Origin: Eledone cirrhosa
Lineage: Eukaryota
Length of the DNA: 64,000 bases
Assembly: GCA_964016885.1 (NCBI GenBank)
Contig: OZ024754.1
Span: 17,422,001 to 17,486,000, forward strand
Direction of reading: 5' to 3'
Shown: positions 1-14,378 of the stretch, piece by piece
Layout: each line of letters opens with the position of its first letter
Position numbering within the stretch: the stretch's first letter is position 1
Notes under the pieces: model-generated
The model's database searches: none
Seen by the model: only the letters and a program-made list of their open reading frames with translations
Told to the model about the DNA's origin: nothing
Position numbers and translations under genes: made by a program

Positions 1-541
1 AACCTACTCGTCCACCAAAAATTTAGCACAAAATATGAATAGAATAAATAATAGGAATCTAAAACCTAGCCAAAATACCGATAATAGCCTAAACAATATT
101 CAAGTAAACAACTGTAACTGTAGAGATAGATCTAAATGCCCGTTAAATAACAATTGCTTAGTTAAAAATATAATATACAACTGTAATGTTAAAACTGACT
201 TAAATTCTTTTAATTATGTTGGTTCCACCTTGACAGAATTTAAACTTCGCTATAATAATCACAAGAATTCTTTCACGGATCCAAACAAAAAATCTTCAAC
301 ATCACTATCAGGCTTACTCTGGCAACTTAAACATGATAACGTTGGATATTCGATGATTTGGAATATAGTCTCAAGAGGGATTCCTTTTAATTCCTCTTCT
401 GAGACATGTAACCTCTGCGCGGAGGAGATATTCTTTATACTAAAATCTAAAAATTCCTTTAATTTACGGACCAATTTATTCAGTTGCTGCAGACATAGAT
501 TGAACTCAACTTTTAAATATAAATATAAATTTAAAATGTAG
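1..541 (+). pseudogene. 3' part of a Naiad-like Penelope-like element ORF: Cys linker + GIY-YIG endonuclease (cut by window edge)
   Basis: CNCRDRSKCPLNNNCL linker, IIY...YVGST..FKLRYNNH GIY-YIG core, C-terminal CNLC...E...CCRH; same architecture as ORFs at 5968, 12393 and 19620. Confidence 0.85.
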
Positions 542-1525
542 TATATTTACTTAAGATTTTTAATTATTTATGAAACTTGGCGATAAATCTTTCGATTCCT
601 TCAATTTTTTAAACCTTCTTCATGAGTATATAATTAATGATGTAATTAAACTACCTTAAAATGGTGATGCTCCCAATCTATTGAATAAAATGTTTAAGCT
701 AGATAAACTTCTATAATAAATATAAGACCATCTGTAGAACAACCGGGTATCCTAAAGTTTTTTTTTTTTTTTTTTTTGAATGATTTCTGCTAAATAAGTT
801 TTGTTGAATAATTTTGGTTTTGTTTGCTTTTGATTCTGATTGCTTCTAATGAACTTGGCAATATATTGTCAAATAAATTGGAAGGGTTGATTTCTGTGAT
901 TGATATGCGGGGCACACTGTGTTTTCTTACGGCCCTAGATACTCTGGGGAGTGAAATATTCTTGGCGTTTTTAATATATTTTTAATATATTGATATCTGT
1001 TGTCTATTCTATGCTTGAACGATAATCATGTAAGAGAGGGCAAGAATATTATTATTAATAATGTATATTTTATGTATATATATATGTATGTACATATATG
1101 TATGGTAGAATCTTTTGTAACGCAATGAAGATTTTCATGTGAAATAAAAATTTACAGAGATGATCACGTAAACTCACATGTGTGTCTATAATGTCAACTT
1201 GAATTTGAGATAACCTTCTCTTTTTCTTTCTCTTTTTTCTTTTTCCTTTTTCATGAAAATACATATATACTTATGTATTTCAGTATTTTTTTGAAGTTTT
1301 ATCTCAGATTTTGATTATAAACCTAAGCATTTTTAAACTAAACATATAGTCATTATTTTTTCACACATTATTGATATGTGTCTCATTCATGAATATTGAT
1401 ATTTACATTATAATACCTCATTCATAAGAATTGATAGACTGATGAAACATAATATTTTAAAACTATCATCTTTATTTCTGAATATATCTCTTCTCCTCCT
1501 CCCTCTACACTTGACTTGTTGTTTA

Positions 1526-1612
<87 letters not shown>

Positions 1613-1714
1613 AAAGTGAGTTACAAACGTGAGTCATACAAAAGTGAGTTACAAACGAAACGAAATTTAATTTCGTTTCGTTATTTGTTTTTATATAATA
1701 TATATATATATAAT

Positions 1715-1813
<99 letters not shown>

Positions 1814-2005
1814 AACAACACAATACAATTATTCCATTACCCAAGGTTTCACGAAGTAACTTTATTCTGTGAAAGACAGAGAGAGAAAACTTTATTCATT
1901 GATTTATTCATTGAACCTTGTTTGACCTTTAAATATATATATATATCTGATATATATTTGTGAAATGGGTGGTGGTTGAAATTCAGTTGTGCACGGTTAA
2001 ATGGT

Positions 2006-2156
2006 AGTAGACGTGGTCGGACGGACATGAAAATGTACACACCTATGTAAAAAGTGCCAAGGAAGCAAATAGACCAAAATAGATTTCGTCTATTTGCTTC
2101 CTTGCAACTTTTTACATAGGTGTGTAAATCTTCATGTCCGTCCGACCACGTCTACT
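2006..2156. repeat. ~150-bp imperfect palindrome (MITE-like or foldback)
   Basis: agtagacgtggtcggacggacatgaa... pairs with ...ttcatgtccgtccgaccacgtctact around a short spacer. Confidence 0.8.
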
Positions 2157-2315
2157 TGAAAAATGTGGTCCCTGGGGCCCCAAAACGGTCTATTTACTAT
2201 CGCGTTCGGTGAGTTATTTCCCCCTCTTCTAATATTTGGATGAGTTATTTACAATTTCATACAAATAAAGCAGTAAATAAAGGATTATGAGTTCATGCAA
2301 TTGACTTATGTTTCG

Positions 2316-2385
<70 letters not shown>

Positions 2386-2739
2386 GAAAACGCCTTAATA
2401 AAAAAAAATATCAACTGTAATGTATGTATGCATGTATTTATGTATTTATGTGTTTATATGAGCGGGGATAAGTAAATCTTACTTTGTGGACAGCTGCCCC
2501 TTAGCATAATCTTCATGCTAGAACAGCATATATTTGAAAGTTTTCAGGGAGTTGAATTACTGATTTTGGATCGGCAGCTTTAGCTTTGAAAAAATGAAAT
2601 GTGCAGTGTAAACATTTTTTATTATTCCTCCGGGGATGAATCTTCTCTGTCTTTTTCCATCTCTTTCTTTCTCTCTGGAAGAAATCAGCCGTAGTAAGAC
2701 CTAAAAAAATGGTTAGATACACCATGACGCACCGTGCAT

Positions 2740-2895
2740 CAGGGTGGAGTTGAAAAGCAGACTCAGAACATGGCGTTGTGTGGGGGTGGCTCGCAGTCCA
2801 ATGTTCCAGGGGGAGCAGAAGAAGAAGAAGAAGAAGAAGAAGAAGAAGAAGAAGAAGAAGAAGAAGAAGAAGAAGAAGAAGAAGAAGAAGAAGAA
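2740..2895 (+). mobile_element. Probable 3' end of an RTE-type LINE with (GAA)n tail
   Basis: GC-richer island resembling an RTE 3' terminus followed directly by a pure (GAA)n tract (2818-2895). Confidence 0.35.
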
Positions 2896-3675
2896 GGTGT
2901 GAACTGGAGTCCTATCAAATATGTAGGTTGTGTCTTAAATTGAAGGTTTAGTAGAAACAATTCATGTATAGTTTTGTACTTTTCTTTTTGTCATTTATAT
3001 ATAAACTAATCTACAATATAAATTGGAAGTGGTCGGACGTTGTATATGTAAGGTGTAGTCGGATGAACGTCGAAACGGCTTGGTGGAATGCAGCGAAAAT
3101 TTACACAGTTATGCAGAATGACCTGAGGAGGCGTTTGGTCGACTTTCAAGCTACAAGCTTCCATGGTTACGGAGAAAATCGATGAAACAGGAATTTCCCA
3201 TTCAAATTGAACTGAGAGTAATCTGTGAACGCAGAAGTAAATATTTCGAGAAACGTTGCAACCGAACGAAAACAGGAAGACGATATTTTGGTTCGTGAAG
3301 ACGTTCTCTGGCAATGAACGGGAAAAAAGCGAGGATAATACGTCATTATGTGGAGGGTAAAGAACAATTTCATGCAAAGACAAGACCAAGTTTATGGTAT
3401 AAATGGAGTCGTTAGACTAATATTCTATTTAAAATAACAGAATGATTTCCAGCCCCGGAGTTTAAGAATGATGTAAATAAAATTGAAAACGAAAATGACA
3501 GAGGTTATTAAAATAGTAAAAGTAAATAGTGAAGATTTAGGCCAGTACATGCGTATGCCCCGACGGACATACACATACATACGCACACACAAATACATAC
3601 ACCCCCCCCCCCCCCACACACAAAACACACACACACACACACACACACTCCACACACACACACACGAACGCACGC

Positions 3676-4107
3676 GCGTATGTATAAAGCTTATGCATTT
3701 CTACAGTATTTTCACAAAACTTAAGACATAGGTTACTTATGTACTCCGGTTGGTCATGAGCACTGTCATTTTTCCAGATATTGATTATAGGGGCCCCCGG
3801 CAGATAACCCCTTTAACCACTTCCTTGGAGTCGACTGAAGCACTGAAGTGCAATGCTTCATAACTTCTGGAGTTCGCAACCGATTTTCACAAAACTTGAT
3901 ACATGGGCTACTTTTGTCCTACAAATGAATGTGAACTCTCAGAATTGGCACATATTGGGTAGGGGTCCCCTGGGGGCAGGAACCCCCTTTTGGAAAAAGC
4001 CGATGATTTTGTAAAAGTATAGTTTTCGAAGCAACACTGAAGTATTGACATAAATGGTATACACAACTGCTATTTAATATCCGAGCAACGCCGAGTACCT
4101 CTGCTAG
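3676..4107 (+). mobile_element. Non-autonomous Helitron-like element
   Basis: Ends in ccgagcaacgccgagtacctctgCTAG|t (subterminal GC-rich hairpin remnant + CTAG); related end at 10081-10108; 5' boundary approximate. Confidence 0.55.
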
Positions 4108-4128
4108 TATATATATATATACATACAC

Positions 4129-4159
<31 letters not shown>

Positions 4160-4184
4160 CATATATATATATACATATAGATAT

Positions 4185-4217
<33 letters not shown>

Positions 4218-4334
4218 CATACATATATATATATATAGATATATACATATAGATATATACATACATATATATAAATATATATATATACATACATATATAT
4301 ATAGAGATATATACATACATATATATATATATAT

Positions 4335-4395
<61 letters not shown>

Positions 4396-4438
4396 CGTAC
4401 ATATATATATATATACATACATATATATATATATATAT

Positions 4439-4510
<72 letters not shown>

Positions 4511-4537
4511 ACATATATATATATATACATACATATA

Positions 4538-5064
4538 TATTTGTTGAGCAAACCTGCCAAAACCACTACTAATTCATTGGTGTGGTAGTAGGCTTCTGTC
4601 ATCTTACCATCCCACTCCTTCCGACTGGCCTCAGTGTCACGTGATTGATTCTTTAGAATCTGCCATTTGACCAGAGACAGCGAGCTTTTCAGTGCATGGA
4701 ATCCAGTCCCCGCTAGCTGTTCCATCTACCGAATTATTATTATTTTTATATGAGTCCCCGGTGTCCGCGCATTGCCTGGAGACTTAGCTGAGAATAGACT
4801 CCCTGATGACGCAATGAATTCTCGACGGTTATATTACGTAACTGTCTTTATCCCATTGCAGAAACTAATTAGTTGGAGTGAAAATTTTAGTAAGTAAGTT
4901 AATTTTTTAAATCTTTTTTTTTAAATTTTCTTATTTTACGTCCTTCATATTATTGTTCTGCATCCTCCTGCATTGAACCACCTAGGTACTATGACATAAC
5001 TTATGTATTTGCTGGCATTAGCGTACATCTGTACGCATATGTTAGTAGATATACTAAATTCTCT
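4538..5064 (+). mobile_element. Non-coding HHR-bearing element, about one monomer (retrozyme-like), in (TA)n
   Basis: Colinear homolog of 42427-42944; no ORF; flanked by TA-rich microsatellites; contains HHR at 4798-4879. Confidence 0.7.
4798..4879 (+). ncRNA. Type I hammerhead ribozyme
   Basis: actcc CTGATGA c gcaatg...cattgc a GAAA ctaattag TT ggagt; stems I, II and palindromic stem III; covaries with copy at 42686. Confidence 0.8.
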
Positions 5065-5228
<164 letters not shown>

Positions 5229-5280
5229 ATAATAATATATATATATATAGTAGTAATATATATATATAGTAGTAATAATA

Positions 5281-5321
<41 letters not shown>

Positions 5322-5472
5322 TAAGTATTAAGTTGTTAAACAATATTCGATGATTATGTCAAAGAATGAGTTTTACAGTAGATTGGAAGCACTCAACGGT
5401 AAATAATTTTCAGGAGTTATTAATATTAAAATATAAGTATTAATAAAATAGATGTTCTTTTGATCAATTACA

Positions 5473-5523
5473 TTTTATTATACATATTTCGGATGTACAA
5501 CAGTACGTTCTCATCAGACAAAA
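5473..5523 (-). ncRNA. Hammerhead ribozyme in inverted pLTR
   Basis: Reverse complement of the HHR at 8451-8501. Confidence 0.75.
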
Positions 5524-5967
5524 TATAATGATACATGACATACCCTGAGATGTTAAATGGTTAAGATTTAATCAAGGTAGTGATTACCCGATAGAAAATT
5601 TTACTTATATAATATCTGTGTGAGAGTGCGAAAACGTAATGAATTCATTAGAGAGTGTGTAAGTAAGAAAAAACGTTGCATACTTAAAGTGTTCTAAAAT
5701 TTTAAATTGTATGATACTACATTCAATATATCTAGGGAAACGTCTCATGAATTATAAGTGATAGGCACTGGAAAAAGATTTATGAGGAGGGATAAAGTGT
5801 GGGGGTTTTTTTTCGAAAGTTACACGGTTAGAATTTGAAAATATTTAATTTATAATATTAATGTGAAGACTCCAGATTTCAGGATTATTTGCTATTTATT
5901 TATACATTATTTATATAATTTCAATAAGTAAAAATCTAGATCTGTAAAAAAATCTATAGTAAATAGT

Positions 5968-6882
5968 GTGCAAAAACGTATTAATAAAATATCAGCTAAT
6001 AAAGATATATTTGATAAAAATGCGGAATATTACAACAACGCTTTAAAAAGAGCAGGATATATGAATAATATAGAATATGTAGATAATAACAATACAAGTA
6101 GTATTCCTAATAATAATAATACAAATTATAACACATATAAGAGTAACTCTAATAACTATAACTCAAACACACACACGCTAAATAAATCGAGAATACGAAC
6201 TAGATCTAAACCAGTCATATGGTTTGCACCCCCAGCTTCGGTCACAGTTAAAACACCAATTGCAAAACTATTCTTTAAAGCTCTTGACACCTATTTCCCT
6301 ACACAACATAAATACCATTCCAGTTTTAATAGACATATCATTAAATTCGCAAATTCTACAACCTGTAACATGGCCCAAAACATCGCTAAATTAAACGCCA
6401 AAATCCTAAAACCAAACCAACATAATGATCATAATAATAGAGTTAACGTTAATGATACTAAACCAAATTGTAATTGTAGAAATAAAAGTAATTGCCCTTT
6501 GCAAAATAATTGTTTAGATAATAATTTGGTTTATAAATGCACCGTAAAAATCGACCATAAAACATACAATTACATTGGATCAACCACGTCCATATTCAAA
6601 CTTCGTTTCGCGAACCATAAATGCTCATTCTCGAACTCTAAGAAGAAATTATCCACCTCTTTATCACAGCTCATATGGTCTTTAAAAGAGAAGAATCTGG
6701 AATACTCCATTCTTTGGACAAAACTTCGGAACTGTGGAATTTACCGCAACTCTAGTATATCAAATAACTACCCGCTCTGTACAATGGAGACCCTGTTGAT
6801 TATTAATAATTATGAGACCTTAATTAACAAAAAAGTGAATTATTCTCTAATTGCCTCCATAAAGCTATGTCCACTTTTTTAG
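5968..6882 (+). pseudogene. PLE RT-thumb remnant + GIY-YIG endonuclease
   Basis: RINKIS...YYNNALKRAGY, IWFAPP, CNCRNKSNCPLQNNCL, LVY...YIGST...FKLRFANH; C-terminus appears frameshifted. Confidence 0.85.
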
Positions 6883-8450
6883 CCTCACATAAAACGAGAA
6901 AGAAAGAACCAATAACAACTCTGTTACCAGGAATATATAATCAACAGTAAAAAACATCAATGGCTTTTAATATTGCTTTATTTTATAAATATCTATAGAA
7001 AAAACAACGTTAGAATGAATGACAATATTTCAATTAGCATGCCTAAACATTGATACACACAACTTTATTTGTTAACTTTGATCAACACCATTATTTATCT
7101 ATAATTTAGTACAATACCTAATCCTTACATATCTATTGAATTTATTTAACTGTGAATTTTTAATACATTTGTAATCTCTTTTAAATTTTAGTTTTAATAC
7201 CCAATCCAAAAAATTTTACGAAACTTATCTATAACTCTAAATGTTTAATGACTTTTTGATCTATTATTTATAGTATAATATAGCATATATTTCTTTTAAA
7301 TATACTTACTACACTATAAAATCTAAATTTGAGACGGATTCAAACTTATATATAAATGTGAATTTTTCGCTGTACTTTCGATCTCTTATTTATTTATTTA
7401 TAATATAATATTTTATAATATATATGTAGTTATATATTGTATTTTATATATTTTTAAATATACCTACCATACTTCTATATACATGATTCAAATATAGAGA
7501 AAATATCCAAACTAAAAATTATTATAGACATTATTTTGAACTTCATACATGCACTCATTGTTCGTTTTTCTTATATGTATATATATATATATTTAAATGT
7601 AACACGTTGTTAAGAGTATAGCTATTATCATTTACCTAAAGTATACTACATTAATAATACCTAATATATATCTATATATATACATCCCTATATCTAATAA
7701 TAATATGTTGATATCTTGGTTGAAGAATAATTAGTGCATTTACACCCAATTATACATATGTATGAATTTTATCCGTAACATATTTTATTTTATTTTTATC
7801 TTCGTCGGTATTATTTACTTTATACATACTGACATTAATATATACTTATATACATAATAGTTATTCAAATATTTATAACAATAAGTACTTCAAAAGCTTT
7901 ACATACCTAATATGTTGAGATATTTGTTAAAGTTTAGATTTAGGTAATTAATCAACAGTATAATATTTCATTCTTTACGTGCCAGCTAAACCCTTTAAAA
8001 TGTTATTCTCACAATTCAGAAGTTTAGAAATGATAACACACTTATCGAATTTATATAAATAATATATAAATAAATAGCAAATAATCCTGAAATCTGGAGT
8101 CTTCACATTAATATTATAAATTAAATATTTTCAAATTCTAACCGTGTAACTTTCGAAAAAAAAAACCACACTTTATCCCTCCTCATAAATCTTTTTCCAG
8201 TGGCTATCACTGGCGGTTATAATTCATGAGACGTTTCCCTAGATATATTGAATGTAGTATCATACAATTTAAAATTTTAGAACACTTTAAGTATGCAACG
8301 TTTTTTCTTACTCACACACTCTCTAATGAATTCATTACGTTTTCGCACTCTCACACAGATATTATATAAGTAAAATTTTCTATCGGGTAATCACTACCTT
8401 GATTAAATCTTAACCATTTAACATCTCAGGGTATGTCATGTATCATTATA

Positions 8451-8501
8451 TTTTGTCTGATGAGAACGTACTGTTGTACATCCGAAATATGTATAATAAA
8501 A
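8451..8501 (+). ncRNA. Minimal type I hammerhead ribozyme in pLTR
   Basis: ttttgt CTGATGA gaacgtac-tgtt-gtacatcc GAAA tatgta TA ataaaa. Confidence 0.75.
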
Positions 8502-8542
8502 TGTAATTGATCAAAAGAACATCTATTTTATTAATACTTATA

Positions 8543-8720
<178 letters not shown>

Positions 8721-8835
8721 ATGACTCCAGTTCCTCAGTGAAATAACAACCCAACAAGGAACTGGGCATATCAGAGTATTGACAATATTATACACTTCAA
8801 CAACATATGTACTTGTCTATACCATACTAATTCAA

Positions 8836-8890
8836 ACTGTCTGAAGAGGTCACAGCCAAAGATGGCTGTCACTGAAATATATATAGCAGT
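8836..8890 (+). ncRNA. Type I hammerhead ribozyme in a solo pLTR-like fragment (~8717-8940)
   Basis: actgt CTGAAGA ggtcacagcc-aaagat-ggctgtcact GAAA tatata TA gcagt; fragment lies between (GA)n and (TA)n. Confidence 0.8.
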
Positions 8891-8934
8891 AATAAACGAA
8901 GCTAAATTTTAATCATTTGACTTTTATTTAACTT

Positions 8935-8977
<43 letters not shown>

Positions 8978-9984
8978 CATCAGTCTTAGAGAGAGGCCAT
9001 GTTCAAACCAATCTTTAAAAAACTACCAAGATTGGAAGTTAAATATATGATTACAGGTCTACCAAATATAAATAAAATCTTTGAGTACATGGAAGCTAGG
9101 AAAAGATTGAACAACAGAAAGTTCTGATTCACAGTCTCCCTTGTTTCCTCTGTTCTTTTTCGTTTTCTTATATTCTCTCTCCCTTTGGACTTTAATATTT
9201 GAAATTTTATTTTTATTATTTTACTTTTTTCCCTTAAAAATTTTTTTTTTACTTGTCTCACTCTTTTTGATTAGCAACTGTAAGGAGTAGTCGACACTTC
9301 CCCTAGTTTGTCATGGCTTATTAGCTCTATATGGACGCCTAAATTGAATAAATAAATCTACATATATAAAAGAGAGATGTTTATTGGTTGCTTGGCTGGC
9401 TGATTGGTTGATGAATCACACGAAAACTATACACACACATCTAAAGAGAGTGAGAGAGAGGGAGAAAGAGAGAGAGAGAGAGAGAGGGGGAGGCAGAAAC
9501 AGAGAGATAGGCCGTTATATAGAGAGAGATACAACTAAAGTGTTAGATATTCAGAGAGAGAGAGAGAGGGAGAAAGAGAGAGAGAGAGGGGGAGAAAGAG
9601 AGAGTGAGACAGACAGACAGAGAGAGAGAGAGTAGCGTCCCACGAAAATCTAGAAAAGGCTTAAATTATAGATCCTTTGATATATAGGAAGGTTTAACAA
9701 TATTGTGTTAGCTTTTATAAATAGTTTTACATTCTTTGATTTTACAGAACAAAGAAAAATTGATACTATTTGAAATTAATCTACCCTCCAGCTTTTATCC
9801 ATATACTACTTACAGTCCGTACTAACGAAGCAACACTTCAGAAGCAATGTTATGAGGTATATTGCTGTGTTTCAGATGACGTCCTTTGGAGCTGAAAAAA
9901 TCATACTGACTATGGCTATTTCACAACATTTAAAATGCAAGGCAGTTTACTCCCCCAGCTTAATAAGGAAGTTTTATAATTGTT

Positions 9985-10108
9985 TTGTTTATATCTCTCT
10001 CACACACACTCACACATCCACACATTAAGGTATCACCTCATACCAGACAACACAGTCAATACAGTGGTTTTTCCTGTTCTCCCAGGCGAAGCCGGGTACC
10101 CCAGCTAG
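9985..10108 (+). mobile_element. Helitron-like 3' end
   Basis: cccaggcgaagccgggtaccccagCTAG|t: hairpin + CTAG terminus, similar to 4081-4107. Confidence 0.5.
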
Positions 10109-10468
<360 letters not shown>

Positions 10469-10584
10469 CTCTGGTTTTTAACTATTGAGCACTTTGCCAA
10501 TATGATTTCTGATTTTTGCGTTTCGCTTCGCTTTTCCTGCCCGCCGAAAATGCGATTCTCGCTGAATCTTTATTTGTATATATA

Positions 10585-10747
<163 letters not shown>

Positions 10748-10945
10748 GTGGGGTGGAAATAGCACGAAAAGTATTTCTAAAGCATCGTCATTCGTCAAAG
10801 TGACATCAAATGTTGAATATTACAATTAAAAAGAATTGAAAATTAAAGATTTAAAATTAAGTGTTGAAGCAGGTTTGTTCACCATTCTTGTCGAGAAGAC
10901 TGGATCTGAAATGGAATCTTATATATATAGAGAGAGAGGTAGTCA

Positions 10946-10985
<40 letters not shown>

Positions 10986-10990
10986 TTAAA

Positions 10991-11052
10991 AACTCTTACT
11001 TTAGTCCAGAAATAGCCGTCGAAACGGCTTGAGCTCTGCCGTCGGGGTCATA

Positions 11053-11094
<42 letters not shown>

Positions 11095-11335
11095 CACACA
11101 CACATTATATATATATATATATATATAGGAAAAGGTATGACCCCGACGACAGAGCTCAAGCCGTTTCGACGGCTATTTCTGGACTAAATAGACTATTTAG
11201 TCCAGAAATAGCCGTCGAAACGGCTTGAGATCTGCCGTCGGGGTTATACCTTTTCCTATTACCCACTCTACTACCACAAGTATTGAGTACTCTGGTGCGT
11301 TATGGTCCATCTGGTTCCTTAGCCCAATTCCTTCG

Positions 11336-11338
<3 letters not shown>
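10991..11338. mobile_element. PLE stub family: fragment 10991-11055 and inverted pair + tail 11128-11338; also 23198-23392 and 41248-41288
   Basis: Repeated tagtccagaaatagccgtcGAAAcggcttgagctctgccgTCggggtcatac (3' half of an HHR) in both orientations, within (TA)n. Confidence 0.7.
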
Positions 11339-11421
<83 letters not shown>

Positions 11422-11429
<8 letters not shown>

Positions 11430-11589
11430 TTGAGGTTGGTAATGGCACATGGAATATATAAGAGACAGAATACTTTTTTGTGAAACATATGTTTTTTCAC
11501 AAAAAAGTATTCTGTCTCTTATATATTCCATGTGCCATTACCAACCTCAATTTTCTCTATAACCTTCGTTTTGTGTAGAAAATTACACT

Positions 11590-11595
<6 letters not shown>
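11422..11595. mobile_element. ~137-bp near-perfect hairpin + short tail between microsatellites (PLE-stub architecture)
   Basis: 11422-11484 reverse-complements 11495-11558; centre gtGAAAcatatgtt; tail 11559-11595 then (TA)n. Confidence 0.65.
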
Positions 11596-11654
<59 letters not shown>

Positions 11655-11729
11655 TTATATATATATAGATGAAAGGCAAAGTTAACCTCGGCGGGATTTG
11701 AACTCAGAATGGCAAGGGCCGTAACTCAA

Positions 11730-12958
11730 AATCTCATAATCTACCCAATAATAACACCAAATACAACCACGGTAATTTACCAAATTCCACAAATACGGAT
11801 ACTAACCATAGGAATTCTTCTAGAACACAACACAATAATATAAGTGGTAATAAGAATTTAACTAAAAACCGCAAAAGAAACATAACATGGTACAACGCAC
11901 CCTTAAACCTGCAAACTATTGGACAAATCCCCCAAAAATTCTTTGAAATTCTATATAAACATTTTCCACCAAACCACAAATACCACCAAATATTTAACAG
12001 GTATACTGTTAAATTCTCATACTCTACATCAAACAATCTCCAGCCAAAAATAAGCAACTACAACATTTATAAACTTAAAGATAATATGACCACACCACCA
12101 CAACATAATTTAAATAGGACTGCACCTTTTAAAAAGACAAATAATACAATCCTTCAACCTGGAAAACACAACCACCCAAATCACCAACAGAAAAACAACA
12201 TAACACAAAATCACAATACAACCCTAGCACCAAACCACCCACAAAGCAACCTTCATTCTCCTGCTAACATTAATTACAATAGGAATAGCTCAAGGATTAA
12301 TGAGAATAGTATAGGCACCCCCGACAACCATCTTACGTATGGTTGTAATTGCCCCTTAAATGGCAACTGTTTGATTAATAATGTAATGCACTGTGTCTAC
12401 TACAGACTCCAACAAAACATATATAGGATCTACATCAAACACAAGATTTTACGCACACTCTAGTAGTTTTAACAATACTAAACTAGCTAACACCACATCT
12501 TTAGCTGAAGCAGTAAACAATTATAAAAAGAAAAAAATAGATTTCAAGCTATCGTGGAACACCATTCTACAAAGAACTCCATATATTGGGAACAGGAGGG
12601 AATGCAGATTATGTTCAGGGGAGATCTTGGAAATTACTAAATCTAAGGACGATTTATTAAATAAAAGACAGGAACTGATTATAGTTTGTAATCACCGTAT
12701 ACGAAGAACATTTAAATACTATAAAGCTAATTAAATATTCTAAATAGCAACTCACTATAATTGTATATAGAGTAGCATTTGTTAGTACCCCTTTCCCCTA
12801 ATTATATGCATTCATGCTTATCTTTTACCTTTTAATGTTTTAGCTTCCTTAGGTTTATGCGTTAATGACTAAAGGCAACAAGGTACACTACCACCCGTAA
12901 TTGCATGAGTAGATATATATCTATGTATGTATGATATGGGAATATATTTGTGTATATG

Positions 12959-13016
<58 letters not shown>

Positions 13017-13947
13017 TGTGTGTGTGTATATATGTGTGTTTGTGCGTGTGTATATGTGAGTATATGTGTATGAGTGATTATATATGAGTGTGTGTACATG
13101 TATGAGTGTGTGCATACACACACACATATATATATATATATATGTGGGTATAGGTGGGTATGTGTAAATATAGATATGTATAAATATATGTGTATATGAT
13201 TATGTGCAGATGTGTAAATGTGTATTTATGTTTGCATCTATTTATGCGTATGTATATTTTTAGTTGGGTATCAATATAACTATACCTCTCTATATATAGT
13301 GTGGATATATGCACTTTGTGATCTATGAAATTTATGCGATTTGACTATGTCAACATGTATTTATCTGAGTTTGATTATTTATACATAAACATACTTGATA
13401 GTATTTTAGAGCGTATCATACGCTGTATTATACTAAGTGCAATTTACCACACCGTACTATATTGTGTTAGTTATATTATATTATTGCATTACTGTATTTC
13501 ATTAGCTTATTATAATTTTCATCTTAACATCATATGAAAAAAAAGAATTTGATTGGTTAGTTCTTCAACTACCTCCAAATAAGGACAAGATACTAACATA
13601 CTACTAATTCGGAATAAAATTAGTTTTGCTTTTGAAAACAGCTGGTGATATACATGTAAGTAAATATTCTCTTTATCTGATATTTTGTAACTAACCTTAC
13701 ATAGATCAATAACGAAGTGTAGCTACAATGTATTATCATCACCTAGAAACGATCGTAAAGCGGTGAAGTATATCTCTAATGACTTGATTTTTTATTTCAT
13801 TGTTTTAACTTATATCATGACTCTGTTTTCCTTTTAATGTTTTATTGTTTTCCGGGATTTATCTTAACCTACAACATTTTCAACATATGGATTACATTGA
13901 GTTCTTCATGCAGAATAGACCCCACAACTTACCGTGGGTATCTCTGC

Positions 13948-13948
<1 letters not shown>
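11730..13948 (+). mobile_element. 5'-truncated, frameshifted Naiad-like PLE (GIY-YIG end, 3' UTR, pLTR + tail)
   Basis: ITWYNAP...HKYHQIFN, GCNCPLNGNCL, YIGST..RFYAH, CRLCSGE...LLNKRQELIIVCNH; 13545-13945 matches stub at 41348-41770. Confidence 0.8.
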
Positions 13949-14022
<74 letters not shown>

Positions 14023-14161
14023 CTTTGGGAGGGTTATGTTGCCAATAAGAAACACACGCACCAGTTGCTTTCACTTCAATTTATTTTAATAAATTTATAA
14101 ATTTAGGAATTTATAAATTTCCGGTTGGTTGGTTCCACAACCAGATGGTTGTTTATATATT

Positions 14162-14204
14162 GTCAAAGTTCTTTCGTCACACATTCTGTGACCTCTTCAG
14201 TGAC
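14162..14204 (-). ncRNA. Minimal hammerhead ribozyme in pLTR
   Basis: gtca CTGAAGA ggtcaca-gaatg-tgtgac GAAA gaac TT tgac on minus strand. Confidence 0.75.
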
Positions 14205-14378
14205 TGGGGATTCTTTTCTTTGTTTTTTGTGCCTCTCCTTTGTTCTGTCCTACGCCATCTTGTTTTTGTGTGTGTGTGCTGTGTGCTTAGTTTGCGCATG
14301 TGTTACATCCGGGTGTCTGTGTGTGTTTATATTCGTTTAGTTGTTTGTTCTATGTGCGTGTGTGTTTTCATTTTGTCC

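Noticed and set aside
1434-1480. Hammerhead at gatagaCTGATGA...
   Set aside because: GAAA core reads AAAA and the stems are weak; at best a decayed copy
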